The notes: a model not told the origin generated them from the letters alone. DNA of 29,198 nucleotides from Halalkalibacterium halodurans (GCF_004376175.1 NZ_SNUY01000027.1:1-29198), one strand, 5' to 3'; shown: positions 1-9,497, counted from the stretch's first letter. Numbers and translations are program-made.

Positions 1-299
1 GGGCTAAACCCTTTGATCCCCTCGAATTGTAGGTATTGGTCAAGGAGATAGACATATTTGCCTGTTTCACGATCGCGATAGTAGGAGCGCTTCAACTCAA
101 TCTCACCAAATAAACTGTCTATTTTTAGAGGCCGCTTATCTTTATAATGAAAGCGTTGCTTATCACGTTGTTTCACAATTTCTTCGTCATATGCCTCTAA
201 CATGGAGGTCATCACACTTGAGAAGGTTTCCTGTAACTTCCTCCAGACTAGCTGTTCAAGTTCTTTTAAAGTTGGATATTCTGTGTTATTCTTTTGCAT
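1..299 (-). CDS. ISLre2-family (UPF0236-type) transposase, N-terminal 99 codons only; the gene runs off the left window edge
   Basis: Minus-strand ATG at 299 with AAAGGAGAA (complement of 305-313) 7 nt upstream. Translation MQKNNTEYPTLKELEQLVWRKLQETFSSVMTSMLEAYDEEIVKQRDKQRFHYKDKRPLKIDSLFGEIELKRSYYRDRETGKYVYLLDQYL resembles ISLre2/UPF0236 transposase N-termini. Recognised from memory, not searched. Confidence 0.55.
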   Translation of the reverse strand, partial: MQKNNTEYPTLKELEQLVWRKLQETFSSVMTSMLEAYDEEIVKQRDKQRFHYKDKRPLKIDSLFGEIELKRSYYRDRETGKYVYLLDQYLQFEGIKGFS

Positions 300-400
300 A
301 GGGTTTCTCCTTTGAATCGGGTTTTCGTCGACTATGATTCTACCAAGGAGAGACCCTTTTTTCATGTATTTTGCTTAAACCCTACCGCGCTTTCGCTTGG
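1..400 (-). mobile_element. Partial ISLre2-like insertion sequence; the inner end lies somewhere between about 314 and 403 and cannot be fixed without the other end
   Basis: Transposase 5' end plus about 100 nt of upstream non-coding sequence, directly next to the hairpin downstream of sftA. Confidence 0.35.
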
Positions 401-403
401 TGG

Positions 404-460
404 CCTCCTCATCCAAGTAACGGAAATTTCCATTACTTGGATGAGGAGGTTTTTTCTTCT
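404..460 (+). terminator. Long hairpin with T-tract on the plus strand only, between the sftA stop and the IS
   Basis: CCTCCTCATCCAAGTAA / TTACTTGGATGAGGAGG arms (404-420, 433-449) with inner GGAAA/TTTCC pairing, followed by TTTTTTCTTCT. In the sftA sense the stem is preceded by an A-tract and has no U-tract after it. Confidence 0.5.
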
Positions 461-490
461 CCCACAAACATTTTACTCATACAATACCCG

Positions 491-3385
491 TTAATCTTGG
501 GTATTCATTCGCTCTTGAAACTCGTATTCATCCATGAGCACATGGCGAGGCTTGCTTCCCATTGCTTCGGAAACGACCCCTTGTCCTTCCATCATATCAA
601 TTAGACGAGCCGCGCGATTATAGCCGATGCGGAAACGGCGCTGTAAGCTTGAAGCCGAAGCCGCTCCTTGTTCGATGACAAACAAACACGCTTCTTCAAA
701 CAGGTCATCTTCTTGATCAAACTGCTCCTGTACTTTTATAAGCTGGTCTTGTTCTAGCAAATAATCAGCAGGACGTTGTTTTTTCACATGGGCGATGACA
801 TCTTCAATTTCTTCATCAGAGACAAATGTCCCTTGTACACGAATCGGCTTTGACGAGCCATTCGCATGAAACAGCATATCCCCGCGCCCGAGTAACCTCT
901 CCGCCCCGTTAGTGTCAAGAATCGTCCGCGAATCGGTTTGAGACGACACTGAAAAGGCCACTCGTGTCGGAATGTTCGCCTTTATTAAGCCTGTGATGAC
1001 ATCCACCGACGGACGTTGTGTCGCAAGCAGCAAATGAATACCGCACGCTCTCGCCTTTTGCGCGATTCTGCAGATTGAATCCTCCACCTCCTGCGGTGAA
1101 ACCATCATTAAGTCGGCTAGTTCATCAATTACTACTAAAATATACGGAAGAGCTGGTTTATCAGGTGACTCAGAATAAAGATCGTTGTAACGTGCCAAGT
1201 CACGCACCCCTTGTTGGCTGAATAGCTCGTAGCGCCGCTCCATTTCCCCGACAACCCACTTCAATGCAGCAGTCGCTTGCTTTGCATCGGTAATGACCGG
1301 CGTAACGAGATGGGGGAGGTCATTGTACGGTGCAAGCTCAACCATTTTCGGGTCAATCAACATCAGTTTCACTTCATCAGGTGAAGCCTTATAAAGCAAA
1401 CTGACAAGAATCGAGTTGATGCACACACTTTTCCCTGAGCCTGTTGCCCCCGCAACGAGACCGTGCGGCATTTTGTTCAAATCCGTTACGACTGGTTGAC
1501 CTGAGATGTCTAGCCCTAAAGCAACCGTCAATGGCGATGGCGACTGGCGAAACACATCCCGACGTAAAATTTCCCGCAAAAATACTGGCTTGGACATTTG
1601 ATTAGGGACTTCAATACCGATCGTGTTTTTCCCAGGAATTGGAGCCTCTATACGGATATCTTTTGCTGCTAACGATAACTTAATGTCATCGACCAATGCC
1701 GTCACTTTATTTACTTTTACACCGCGAGCTGGCTGGATTTCGAACCTTGTGACAGACGGCCCTTTCGTTACGTGTACAACCTTTGCGTCGACGTTGAAAC
1801 TTTGGAGGGTTTCTTCGAGTAACTCCGCTTGGCTCGTTAACCAGTCCTCATTATCCTCCTCCACTTTCGGGGGATTGGCGAGGAGCTGAATGCTCGGGAA
1901 TGTATAGCTTGATGTCGGCCCTTCTTTTTCTTTACGTTTGGCCACATGCGCTTGCTTTGCACGGTCTTGCGGGAGCATCATCACATTAAACGGAACGGTC
2001 CGTTTTCGCGGCTGCCTGCCCTTCTCTGATGCAGACTTGTTTTCCTCTTCTTGTTCGCGCTCTTTTGCTGAAGCAGAGGTATGGTCATGCTCTTGGGAGG
2101 AATGAGCCTCTCTCTCATCACTCTCTTCCTCTTGTTGGGCACTAGGTTCTCGTTCCGCGAGAAGCCCTGACTGAAATGTAGACTCAACCTGCTCTACCTC
2201 TTCTCCTTGTAATGAAAAGGCTTTGTCTGATTCAGACAGAGTTTCCTCTTGCAAACCTCCCTCCATGCTTGGTACTACCTCTGCTTCAGTTGATGAGTTT
2301 TGATCCATTGTTGCTGTTGAGGGAAGCTCCGTTTCTTCTTTCGAGCTCTCATCTACCATTTGCTCTCGATTTTCTTCTGCCGCCTCATGAAAGCTTTCCT
2401 CGATAATTGGTGTTCCTTCTTCCCCTAACGGTTCTTCTTCTATCTCTAAAGGCTGCACCTCTTGTTCAACGTTTTCTCCCATAGCCGAAACCGACTCTTT
2501 CCCCCGTTTAGCTTCTAAAGGGAGCACTTCCTCTGCTAGCGCTAAATCTAGTTTTTCATCTACCCTTTCCTCGATGACAGCGTCTAATGTCTCCCCTTCT
2601 ACTTCCGTTTCTCGAGCTGTATAGGCATCGTTCTCTGTTTCCAACGTCGACGCTATCTTATCCCTATGGTTTTTTTCTTGTTCTCTCTCATCGTTAAAAG
2701 TTCTATTATGCTGATCCACTTTAGTTGATTCCACTGACTTTTCTGTTTCAGCAATGTCACGAGCGTCCTCTTTCTTTAACGATGGTGAGCCCACCTTTTT
2801 TGCTCGCATAAAGGTAGGGACAGATATTTTTGGGTCGATCTCATGATATGTACGCTGTGGTGGTGGTTTTACCTCTCCGCTTTTCTTTTCCTCTTTTTTT
2901 AAAAAGCGAAATGGGACGACAACGCCCCCTTCGTACGCATCATGGGCAGCCTCATCTTCACCATACGGGATCGTCTGCTCTTCGGTTCCACTGACCTCCT
3001 CCTTAGAAGGAGCCGAGCGAAACCCATGGACAGGAGATGGAATATGTGTCGGCTTGAAGCCAGGATTATCAAATCGTTTTGAATTTCCTTTTGTTGATGA
3101 TTCTTCCACCTCAACTTCTATCAACGATGACTTTTGTGAAGGTTCCCACTCCTCGCGAATGTTTTTTGGTTCATCATCGATGACTGGAAACCGAAACTTT
3201 CCAGGCTTAGGATATTTGTGAACAACTCTCGATTCTACTCTTCGTTCATCTCTTAATACGCGTCCGTAGCGTCTCCGGTCAGAGGAACGAGAAGGCGTGT
3301 AGCTTTCTTGATCAGCCTCGTCGCCTGTAAACAACCGCAAAATCTGCCCCATCCAACGTTGAAATCGACTCACAACTACATTCAC
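491..3385 (-). CDS. sftA: FtsK/SpoIIIE-family DNA translocase, soluble SftA type
   Basis: Walker A GATGSGKS, Walker B VVIDELADLMM, C-terminal gamma winged-helix (SLQRRFRIGYNRAARLIDMME). No N-terminal membrane segments. About 440-aa acidic linker. A GTG at 3373 has better spacing to AGGTGA and is an alternative start. Confidence 0.9.
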   Translation of the reverse strand: MNVVVSRFQRWMGQILRLFTGDEADQESYTPSRSSDRRRYGRVLRDERRVESRVVHKYPKPGKFRFPVIDDEPKNIREEWEPSQKSSLIEVEVEESSTKGNSKRFDNPGFKPTHIPSPVHGFRSAPSKEEVSGTEEQTIPYGEDEAAHDAYEGGVVVPFRFLKKEEKKSGEVKPPPQRTYHEIDPKISVPTFMRAKKVGSPSLKKEDARDIAETEKSVESTKVDQHNRTFNDEREQEKNHRDKIASTLETENDAYTARETEVEGETLDAVIEERVDEKLDLALAEEVLPLEAKRGKESVSAMGENVEQEVQPLEIEEEPLGEEGTPIIEESFHEAAEENREQMVDESSKEETELPSTATMDQNSSTEAEVVPSMEGGLQEETLSESDKAFSLQGEEVEQVESTFQSGLLAEREPSAQQEEESDEREAHSSQEHDHTSASAKEREQEEENKSASEKGRQPRKRTVPFNVMMLPQDRAKQAHVAKRKEKEGPTSSYTFPSIQLLANPPKVEEDNEDWLTSQAELLEETLQSFNVDAKVVHVTKGPSVTRFEIQPARGVKVNKVTALVDDIKLSLAAKDIRIEAPIPGKNTIGIEVPNQMSKPVFLREILRRDVFRQSPSPLTVALGLDISGQPVVTDLNKMPHGLVAGATGSGKSVCINSILVSLLYKASPDEVKLMLIDPKMVELAPYNDLPHLVTPVITDAKQATAALKWVVGEMERRYELFSQQGVRDLARYNDLYSESPDKPALPYILVVIDELADLMMVSPQEVEDSICRIAQKARACGIHLLLATQRPSVDVITGLIKANIPTRVAFSVSSQTDSRTILDTNGAERLLGRGDMLFHANGSSKPIRVQGTFVSDEEIEDVIAHVKKQRPADYLLEQDQLIKVQEQFDQEDDLFEEACLFVIEQGAASASSLQRRFRIGYNRAARLIDMMEGQGVVSEAMGSKPRHVLMDEYEFQERMNTQD

Positions 3386-3414
3386 CTGCTTTCTACACTA
3401 TCTTAGGCTTGATC

Positions 3415-3442
3415 AGAAAAACCACTAGCAGGACTAGTGGTT
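3415..3442 (-). terminator. Rho-independent terminator after ytpR
   Basis: 9-bp stem AACCACTAG/CTAGTGGTT (3420-3428, 3434-3442), followed on the minus strand by TTTTTCTG. Confidence 0.6.
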
Positions 3443-3472
3443 CAATTTGAAAGGTCGTGTCTGCTGAAAACT

Positions 3473-4075
3473 CTAGAAAAAGGATGTTCCGACTTCATAC
3501 GAATCATCAAGGACTAAAATTCCTTTTTCTTCAGGTGCATCAGGCAGTGCGAGTTCTTTTGCAGAACAAATCATACCCGTTGATGAAACACCTCTGAGTG
3601 ATGTTGGCTTGATCACTAATCCAGATGGCATGACCGCACCTTCTAACGCGACAACTACTTTCTGACCTGCCTCTACATTCGGTGCTCCGCATACAATTTG
3701 CAGTGTATCGCTCCCTACATCCACCTTACAGATGCTCAGCTTATCAGCGTTTGGATGCTTGTCCTTGGATTGAACGAAACCAACGACAAATTTTGGAGAC
3801 AGGTCCACTTCAAGCGTCCAATTGACTCCGTTTTTTTGAAAGGCCTGCTCTAGTGTTGCTACGAGTGAATCGGTTAACTCTAGCAATCCTTGACCATTGA
3901 ATTCACCGTATTTGCTTGCGTGGAATAAGTTGTAGCCTGTCGTTTTCCCGGTCCCTAAGTGATAAATGCGGACCACATCGCCTTGGCGCTCATACGCACG
4001 ATTTGCAGGCTCCACTTCATCTATTACGATTAAGATCGTATCTCCAATACCTTTTTCATTGTAAAAAACGTTCAT
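3473..4075 (-). CDS. ytpR: YtpR-like protein with C-terminal tRNA-binding OB domain
   Basis: 200 aa. [15 protein letters not shown]...IVCGAPNV motif typical of Trbp111/EMAP-type tRNA-binding domains. AAAGGAG 7 nt before the ATG. Synteny next to ytpQ. Confidence 0.8.
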   Translation of the reverse strand: MNVFYNEKGIGDTILIVIDEVEPANRAYERQGDVVRIYHLGTGKTTGYNLFHASKYGEFNGQGLLELTDSLVATLEQAFQKNGVNWTLEVDLSPKFVVGFVQSKDKHPNADKLSICKVDVGSDTLQIVCGAPNVEAGQKVVVALEGAVMPSGLVIKPTSLRGVSSTGMICSAKELALPDAPEEKGILVLDDSYEVGTSFF

Positions 4076-4147
4076 GCTTCGACTCCTTTAACGAACAGTA
4101 ATAATGTTTGATCCCTTTTATTGTAACATAGCTTTTTCGGTTTGCTA

Positions 4148-4945
4148 TCACTCTTTTGGCTTACGCTGAGCCAGGATAAAGGTCGGCTCTAATTCTCCAT
4201 TCTCATAAAGAAACGGTAACGCAGTAATCGGGATTCTCCCTTGTGCATAAAACTGCATCGTCACTTGTGCTAATACGTCATAGCCTCGTTCATTTACAAT
4301 ATCGGCAAAAATCAACACGTCTTGATGGGGGGCAGCAACCGCTAGTTGACCCTCGACCTTTTGACTCATTTTCTCAAGAAGGGGTTCATTTAAGATGCGG
4401 CTTGCATCGTATCCGTCATTTGAGTTTAAAAAATAAAACGTATTTCCTGCTACTTTGTCTGCTTTTAACGGTTCAGACAATGAGCGTAAATTAAACAGGG
4501 CCATTTCACGAATTTCCTTAGCAGACATCTCTTCCCTGCTCAATTGTTGCTCGTGGAGAATGGTATAAGAATCGCCTAAATCAAGCGAATAGTAAACTCT
4601 TGTCTCCGCCGTATGCTCATCAAATAATAAACGATGACCATCGCGATTTTCTTCAGGAAAGGACGTTGCGCGAATGACAGGAAATATACGTTTCTCATTC
4701 CCTTTAATCGTTGTTTGTTTTTTAAAAGCCGCCATCCCTGTCTGGACATAATGAACCATTTCAGAAATCGCTCGGTCTCCTAGGCGCTCAACTTTTGCAA
4801 GCAGCGGTTTAAGCGCGATCGTCATTCCTTTTTTTAGCTCTTTATCTTCAATCCGCAGTTTTGCTTCCTTATGATCATATGAAAGTGTCCACTCAGGACG
4901 ATTTAATTTTTCTTCTAATTGCTTCCGTATTTCCCTTACTTCCAT
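4148..4945 (-). CDS. ytpQ: YtpQ-like protein (DUF1444 family)
   Basis: 265 aa, AGGAGGG 6 nt before the ATG. Position between ytpR and ytpP as in B. subtilis. Confidence 0.7.
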   Translation of the reverse strand: MEVREIRKQLEEKLNRPEWTLSYDHKEAKLRIEDKELKKGMTIALKPLLAKVERLGDRAISEMVHYVQTGMAAFKKQTTIKGNEKRIFPVIRATSFPEENRDGHRLLFDEHTAETRVYYSLDLGDSYTILHEQQLSREEMSAKEIREMALFNLRSLSEPLKADKVAGNTFYFLNSNDGYDASRILNEPLLEKMSQKVEGQLAVAAPHQDVLIFADIVNERGYDVLAQVTMQFYAQGRIPITALPFLYENGELEPTFILAQRKPKE

Positions 4946-4997
4946 CTACGACCCTCCTACGGTCACGATCCGAGTTGATAATAAAATGATCTTTCTA

Positions 4998-5026
4998 ATA
5001 GTATCATGTCTAGAACATGAGGACAA
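4998..5026 (-). promoter_or_regulatory. Putative sigma-A promoter of ytpQ
   Basis: Minus strand TTGTCC (5026-5021), 17 nt spacer, TACTAT (5003-4998). The spacer contains CATGT-CTAGA-ACATG. Confidence 0.45.
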
Positions 5027-5096
5027 AAGAGAGGGACTTGTTCAATAGGCTCAAGATTTCATCATTCAGTTTCCCATCATCTGTTCACATGAGCAT

Positions 5097-5126
5097 AAAA
5101 AAAAGGCGGAGGTAAAATCTCACGCC
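5097..5126 (-). terminator. Rho-independent terminator of ytpP, overlapping its stop codon
   Basis: Minus strand GGCG-T-GAG attttac CTC-CGCC followed by T8. Confidence 0.6.
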
Positions 5127-5440
5127 TGTTTCGCTTCTGTTAGGAAACGCTCAATTTCTTCTTTTGTTTTACGGTCTTTGCTTACAAAACGGGATCGCTC
5201 TTCACCATTTGAGTAAAACAAGAAGCTTGGTATGCCAAAGATGTCTAACTCCTGACAAAGCTCAATGAAATCATCACGATTCACATAATAAAACTGATAC
5301 TCGTCATAGGTCTGTTCCAGCTCTGGCAAAAACGGCTCAATCACTCGGCAATCAGGGCACCAATCAGCAGAAAATAAAAAGACGACATTCTCTTGATTTT
5401 TCACCTGTTGAAACTGTTCTAATGTTTTAATTTGCTCCAT
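5120..5440 (-). CDS. ytpP: Thioredoxin-like protein YtpP
   Basis: WCPDC active-site motif and thioredoxin fold length. The ORF-track ATG at 5449 abuts the SD. The ATG at 5440 (MEQIKTLEQF) lies 8 nt after AAAGGA. Confidence 0.8.
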   Translation of the reverse strand: MEQIKTLEQFQQVKNQENVVFLFSADWCPDCRVIEPFLPELEQTYDEYQFYYVNRDDFIELCQELDIFGIPSFLFYSNGEERSRFVSKDRKTKEEIERFLTEAKQA

Positions 5441-5457
5441 TTCGTTCATCCTTTCGT

Positions 5458-6468
5458 TTATGATTGTTCAATTTTCATATCCCCTGGTCGAATCCACCCT
5501 CGCTTCCGGAACCACTCTGACAAACTTAAGCTAATAAGAGCAGGACCAATGAAATGTAACAATAGAATAGCTAACACGACATTTCCGCTAAACCCCATAT
5601 CGGTAAAGGTCATGATCTGACCAACAAGACCACTCGTCCCCATTCCAGCTCCCGCTTCATTGTTGGTCATCAAAAAGACTGTGGTCGCTAACGGAGCAAG
5701 GACCGCACCAGCAATTGTCGGCGGCAAAATGATGAGGGGATTTTTGACAATGTTCGGGACTTGTAGCATGGACGTTCCAATTCCGAGAGAGAAAAATCCA
5801 GCCCAGCCATTTTCTCGGTAGCTACTAACCGCGAAGCCGACCATTTGTGCTGCACACCCAACAGTCGCTGCACCTGCAGCAATCCCTGATAACTCTAACA
5901 TAATGGCCAAGGCTGCGCTAGAAATCGGTGCCGTTAACGCAAGTCCCATTAGCGTGGCAACAACAATCCCCATAATAATTGGGCGCTGTTCTGTCGCCCA
6001 CATAATCGTTGCGCCGAGACCGCTCATCCCTGATTGTATCACGGGTCCGATAAATTGCGCAGTGAGAAAGCCTACGATGACAGTGACAAACGGTGTCACG
6101 ATAATATCGATTTTCGTCTCTCCTGCGACGACCTTCCCTACTTCTGTCGCAAGTAAGGCAGCAACAAAGCTACCAGCAGGACCTCCAAGCTCTGCACCTG
6201 CTGCCCCTGCGATTAAGGCGGAAAACAGGACGAGTCGTGGCGCCTGAAGCCCATACGCTACCGCCACACCAATGGCCGGTCCCATTAAGCTCATCGCGAG
6301 CACACCGATATTATGCATGAGTTCAAATTGAGTTACATCCCCAATGGTTCGAATAATAAGACCAATGATTAATGATGAAAACAGTCCAAGCGCCATAAAG
6401 CTTAAAGCTGTTACAAAATACGTTTTTAACGAAAGGGAGACCCCTTTTTTCTTCAAAAATTCAATCAC
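5458..6468 (-). CDS. Orphan PTS EIIC-like integral membrane protein (EIIC_2-type)
   Basis: About 337 aa, very hydrophobic and glycine/alanine-rich, with about 10 predicted helices. GTG start at 6468 lies 5 nt after GAAGGAGGAA. The upstream part of the track ORF lacks an SD. Confidence 0.6.
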   Translation of the reverse strand: MIEFLKKKGVSLSLKTYFVTALSFMALGLFSSLIIGLIIRTIGDVTQFELMHNIGVLAMSLMGPAIGVAVAYGLQAPRLVLFSALIAGAAGAELGGPAGSFVAALLATEVGKVVAGETKIDIIVTPFVTVIVGFLTAQFIGPVIQSGMSGLGATIMWATEQRPIIMGIVVATLMGLALTAPISSAALAIMLELSGIAAGAATVGCAAQMVGFAVSSYRENGWAGFFSLGIGTSMLQVPNIVKNPLIILPPTIAGAVLAPLATTVFLMTNNEAGAGMGTSGLVGQIMTFTDMGFSGNVVLAILLLHFIGPALISLSLSEWFRKRGWIRPGDMKIEQS

Positions 6469-6514
6469 GATCGTTCCTCCTTCTACGCTGCAAACCGTGT
6501 CATAAGATGAACTC

Positions 6515-6543
6515 ATCATACTGAATTTTTTTACACATGACAA
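6515..6543 (-). promoter_or_regulatory. Putative sigma-A promoter of the EIIC-like/ytpP unit
   Basis: Minus strand TTGTCA (6543-6538), 17 nt spacer, TATGAT (6520-6515). Confidence 0.5.
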
Positions 6544-6630
6544 GACACATCCTTGTGAGGATTAGTCGTTTGCTCCTCGTGACAGGATCACGGTACAATA
6601 GATCCAAACCTTGTGTGAGGAGGAAACATC

Positions 6631-7074
6631 ATGGAATTAATGATTTACCTAGCAGGCGAAATTCATTCTAACTGGCGACAACAAATCAAGGAAGCTGCCA
6701 AAAAGCAGGATTTGCCTTTCGTTTTTCTCGGACCGATGGAAGATCACGCCCGTTCTGATAACATCGGTGAAGAAATTTTAGGAAAGCAACCAGACCCTGT
6801 GCTAAAGGATGATGCTGCCTCCAGCATTAACAACTTACGGACAACGATTTTGCTTAATAAAGCCGATGTAGTCATTGCATTATTTGGGCTCCAATATAAA
6901 CAATGGAACACCGCAATGGATGCGGCAAGTGCGCTTGCCTTACAAAAACCACTTATCCTCATCCGCCCAAAAGAATTGCATCACCCGTTAAAAGAACTTG
7001 CAAACAAAGCGCAAGTGGTAGTAGAGACACCTGATCAAGCCCTTCAAGCGTTAAAGTACATCATTGAAGCTTGA
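6631..7074 (+). CDS. ytoQ: YtoQ-family protein (nucleoside 2-deoxyribosyltransferase-like fold)
   Basis: 147 aa beginning MELMIYLAGEIHSNWR. GAGGAGGAA SD. Synteny. Confidence 0.7.
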   Translation: MELMIYLAGEIHSNWRQQIKEAAKKQDLPFVFLGPMEDHARSDNIGEEILGKQPDPVLKDDAASSINNLRTTILLNKADVVIALFGLQYKQWNTAMDAASALALQKPLILIRPKELHHPLKELANKAQVVVETPDQALQALKYIIEA

Positions 7075-7084
7075 CGCTAAAACG

Positions 7085-7120
7085 AAAAAACGGACAGTGG
7101 CCTCACCCGCCATTGTCCGT
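7085..7120. terminator. Convergent-gene terminator (strong for the minus-strand NTPase gene, weaker for ytoQ)
   Basis: 12-bp stem ACGGACAGTGGC/GCCATTGTCCGT with a 7-nt loop. The minus strand continues TTTTTTCGTTTT; the plus strand continues CTTCATTC. Confidence 0.7.
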
Positions 7121-7131
7121 CTTCATTCAAA

Positions 7132-7665
7132 TTAGTGGGTTACCGTTCGGAGCAAATGCCCGTCCCGCCGAGCTTGTCCAATTAACAAATGGACGACATG
7201 CTGAAACATCGCTTTTCTCGAGATTTCACCATCTGTTAAATAGCCAATGGCCCCATCTGTCATGCGAACATCGGGATTTTTAGTGAGCGACTCCATAATA
7301 TCGCCAAGCTCTTTGCCTCCTTCTAGTTCGTGAGCCACTTCTTGTGGAAGAGGAACCCTAGCACCGCCAGCAACCCATTGATCGCCCGTTTGGCTGACAA
7401 GTGCTCCCCAATTACATAAAAACAAACCGTACTCACTCCTTACAACACCGCCTTCAAGACCAACCCCGTAATCAACACCGTCAAAGGACAAACAATGGTT
7501 GGCTCGGTTGATTGCCCCTTGAATCGTTTCTTGATCAGAGAACGGTTGGCTAGCTACGTCTGAAGGAACGGCCTCAGAGCGAACGATGATTTTGTCACGA
7601 ATGACCACTTCTTGCAAAGCATGTACTTTCGCGCGATTTTTCGAACCGATCATGATCGTCCACAT
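7132..7665 (-). CDS. YjjX-like non-canonical purine NTP phosphatase (inosine/xanthosine triphosphatase)
   Basis: N-terminal IMIGSKNRAKVHAL resembles the YjjX/NTPase_I-T N-terminus. Start set at ATG 7665 (AAAGGA 8 nt upstream); 7653 is also possible. Confidence 0.6.
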   Translation of the reverse strand: MWTIMIGSKNRAKVHALQEVVIRDKIIVRSEAVPSDVASQPFSDQETIQGAINRANHCLSFDGVDYGVGLEGGVVRSEYGLFLCNWGALVSQTGDQWVAGGARVPLPQEVAHELEGGKELGDIMESLTKNPDVRMTDGAIGYLTDGEISRKAMFQHVVHLLIGQARRDGHLLRTVTH

Positions 7666-7745
7666 CTGCTTCATCCTTTCCCTGCTTGAGAAAAATCGGC
7701 TTAGCGCCAAGTCTTATAGTGAAAGCCATTGTTTATCTATCTTTT

Positions 7746-7777
7746 TTAAAAAGAGGTTCCCGAATGGCGAGAACCTT
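7746..7777 (-). terminator. Terminator after the M42 aminopeptidase gene
   Basis: Minus strand AGGTTCTC gccattc GGGAACCT followed by CTTTTT. Confidence 0.6.
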
Positions 7778-7788
7778 AACAAGCTTAT

Positions 7789-8862
7789 CTACCCATTGGC
7801 TAAAATGGTCTCCACTGCCGCTTTATCTGTCGTTTTAACAAGCTTCACTAACAATGCTTTTGCCGCAGCATAATCATCCACATGGATGATGGAAGCTGCA
7901 GTATGGATATAGCGAGAACAAATCCCGATAACAGCAGAAGGAACACCGTTACCCGATAGATGAACACGACCTGCGTCAGTCCCGCCCTGGGAAATGAAAA
8001 ATTGGTACGGAATATTCTCAGTCTCGGCTGTATCGAGGACAAAATCTCGAATCCCTCGATGTGTTACCATCGTCCGATCATAAATTCGAACGAGCGCTCC
8101 TTTTCCGAGCTGACCGAACGCATCTTTCCCTCCAGTCGCATCATTGGCTGGGCTGGCATCCAAGGCATAAAAAATATCAGGTTCGATCATTTGCGCCGAT
8201 GTGGCAGCCCCACGTAGGCCAACTTCTTCTTGAACAGTTGCCCCAGAGTATAAAATGTTTGGCGTTGTTTCTCCTTGTAGTTCTTGTAACAATTCAATAG
8301 CTAACCCAACACCATACCGATTGTCCCACGCCTTCGCCATAATTTTCTTTTCATTGGCAAGAGGGGTAAACGGACAAATTGGCACAATTTGTTGCCCAGG
8401 TTTAATTCCTATCTTCTGAGCATCTTCCTTATCATCAGCCCCAATATCGATATACATATTCTTAACGTCCATTGGCTTTTTCCGCTGCGCTTCTTCCAGC
8501 AGATGCGGTGGAGTCGATCCAATCACACCGATCACTGGTCCTTCGTCCGTCATAATTTGCACGCGCTGGGCTAGTAACACTTGGCTCCACCAGCCACCTA
8601 ACGTCTGAAAACGGATCAGACCTTTTTCATTGATGGATGTTACCATAAAACCGACTTCATCCATATGACCTGCAACCATCACTTTAGGCCCTTGTTCGTT
8701 TCCTCGCTTCACACCGAAAATACTGCCAAGACGATCCTGGACGATTTCATTTGTATATTTCTCCAACTCACCGCGAACGAAGCGCCTGATGTGATGTTCA
8801 AAACCAGGAGCCCCCTGAAGCTCTGTCAATGTTTTAAATAACGACTGTGTCTCTTGATTCAA
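7789..8862 (-). CDS. ytoP: M42-family glutamyl aminopeptidase / endoglucanase-like peptidase
   Basis: 357 aa, AGHMDEVGF metal-binding motif, [13 protein letters not shown]-terminus. TTG start 9 nt after AAGGAG. Confidence 0.85.
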   Translation of the reverse strand: MNQETQSLFKTLTELQGAPGFEHHIRRFVRGELEKYTNEIVQDRLGSIFGVKRGNEQGPKVMVAGHMDEVGFMVTSINEKGLIRFQTLGGWWSQVLLAQRVQIMTDEGPVIGVIGSTPPHLLEEAQRKKPMDVKNMYIDIGADDKEDAQKIGIKPGQQIVPICPFTPLANEKKIMAKAWDNRYGVGLAIELLQELQGETTPNILYSGATVQEEVGLRGAATSAQMIEPDIFYALDASPANDATGGKDAFGQLGKGALVRIYDRTMVTHRGIRDFVLDTAETENIPYQFFISQGGTDAGRVHLSGNGVPSAVIGICSRYIHTAASIIHVDDYAAAKALLVKLVKTTDKAAVETILANG

Positions 8863-8906
8863 AAAGAGCCACTCCTTTCGAATTCCGAATCTTATGTACC
8901 CTCTAT

Positions 8907-8935
8907 ATTCTAGCGAAAGCTTACCAACTGTTCAA
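8907..8935 (-). promoter_or_regulatory. Putative sigma-A promoter of ytoP
   Basis: Minus strand TTGAAC (8935-8930), 17 nt spacer, TAGAAT (8912-8907). Confidence 0.45.
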
Positions 8936-8954
8936 TCAATCTCCATCCCTTAGA

Positions 8955-8984
8955 TTGAAAACGCTCTTACCAGTTGGGTATAAT
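8955..8984 (+). promoter_or_regulatory. Putative sigma-A promoter of ytzB
   Basis: TTGAAA (8955-8960), 18 nt spacer, TATAAT (8979-8984). It overlaps the ORF-track start at 8974, which argues against that start. Confidence 0.5.
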
Positions 8985-9027
8985 AAATTGTAAGGATGGT
9001 TCACATAAAGGAAAGGATGGTTACTTC

Positions 9028-9336
9028 ATGGGAATGAAACGGTTCGCACTTGGTGTCGGACTCGGGCTTGCGGCTGGGATTTTCCTCACCTCTTCGCTTA
9101 GAAAAGACAAGCTTTCACCGGAACGAGCGTTAAAATTAGCAAAAAGAACCTTTGCACCCAACATGAATATTACAGGTTCGTGGATTCACATGATTCCTGA
9201 AACATTGGAGAAAGATCATTTATCCTATACCGTTTATCGTGGAGGAATCTCTTCCTCAAACGAAGACGACATGACGCAATTTGAATTTTTGATTGACGCG
9301 AATACAGGGACGGTTTTAGAAGTGAATGAAACTTAA
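9028..9336 (+). CDS. ytzB: Small membrane-anchored PepSY-like protein YtzB
   Basis: ATG 9028 after AAAGGAAAGGATGG. N-terminal hydrophobic segment FALGVGLGLAAGIFL. Synteny next to ytoP. Confidence 0.65.
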   Translation: MGMKRFALGVGLGLAAGIFLTSSLRKDKLSPERALKLAKRTFAPNMNITGSWIHMIPETLEKDHLSYTVYRGGISSSNEDDMTQFEFLIDANTGTVLEVNET

Positions 9337-9401
9337 CTAAGGCGATTATGCAGAGGGGAAAACAAAGTGGACAGGAAATCCCCCAACCTAGAATACAAAA
9401 A

Positions 9402-9443
9402 AGTTCGTCAAGGTAGTGAGCTCTAGCTGACGAGCTTTTTTTA
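9402..9443 (+). terminator. Terminator of ytzB
   Basis: 9-bp stem AGTTCGTCA/TGACGAGCT (one G-U pair) followed by T7. Confidence 0.65.
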
Positions 9444-9497
9444 TTCTTTGATCCGATCGATCCTTTGATAATAAGCTATAAAGAACCAAATAGATGG

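Noticed and set aside
1900-3100. Glu-rich central region of SftA as a hidden repeat domain or separate gene
   Set aside because: It is continuous in frame with the ATPase domain. It is low-complexity acidic linker without periodic repeats, and long disordered linkers are normal for SftA/FtsK proteins.
5903-6247. 114-aa plus-strand ORF antisense to the EIIC-like gene
   Set aside because: It is the mirror frame of a GC-rich membrane-protein gene, with an Ala/Pro/Ser-rich translation and no SD. The same reasoning applies to 10072-10440, 21588-22061, 26095-26457 and other embedded antisense ORFs in the track.
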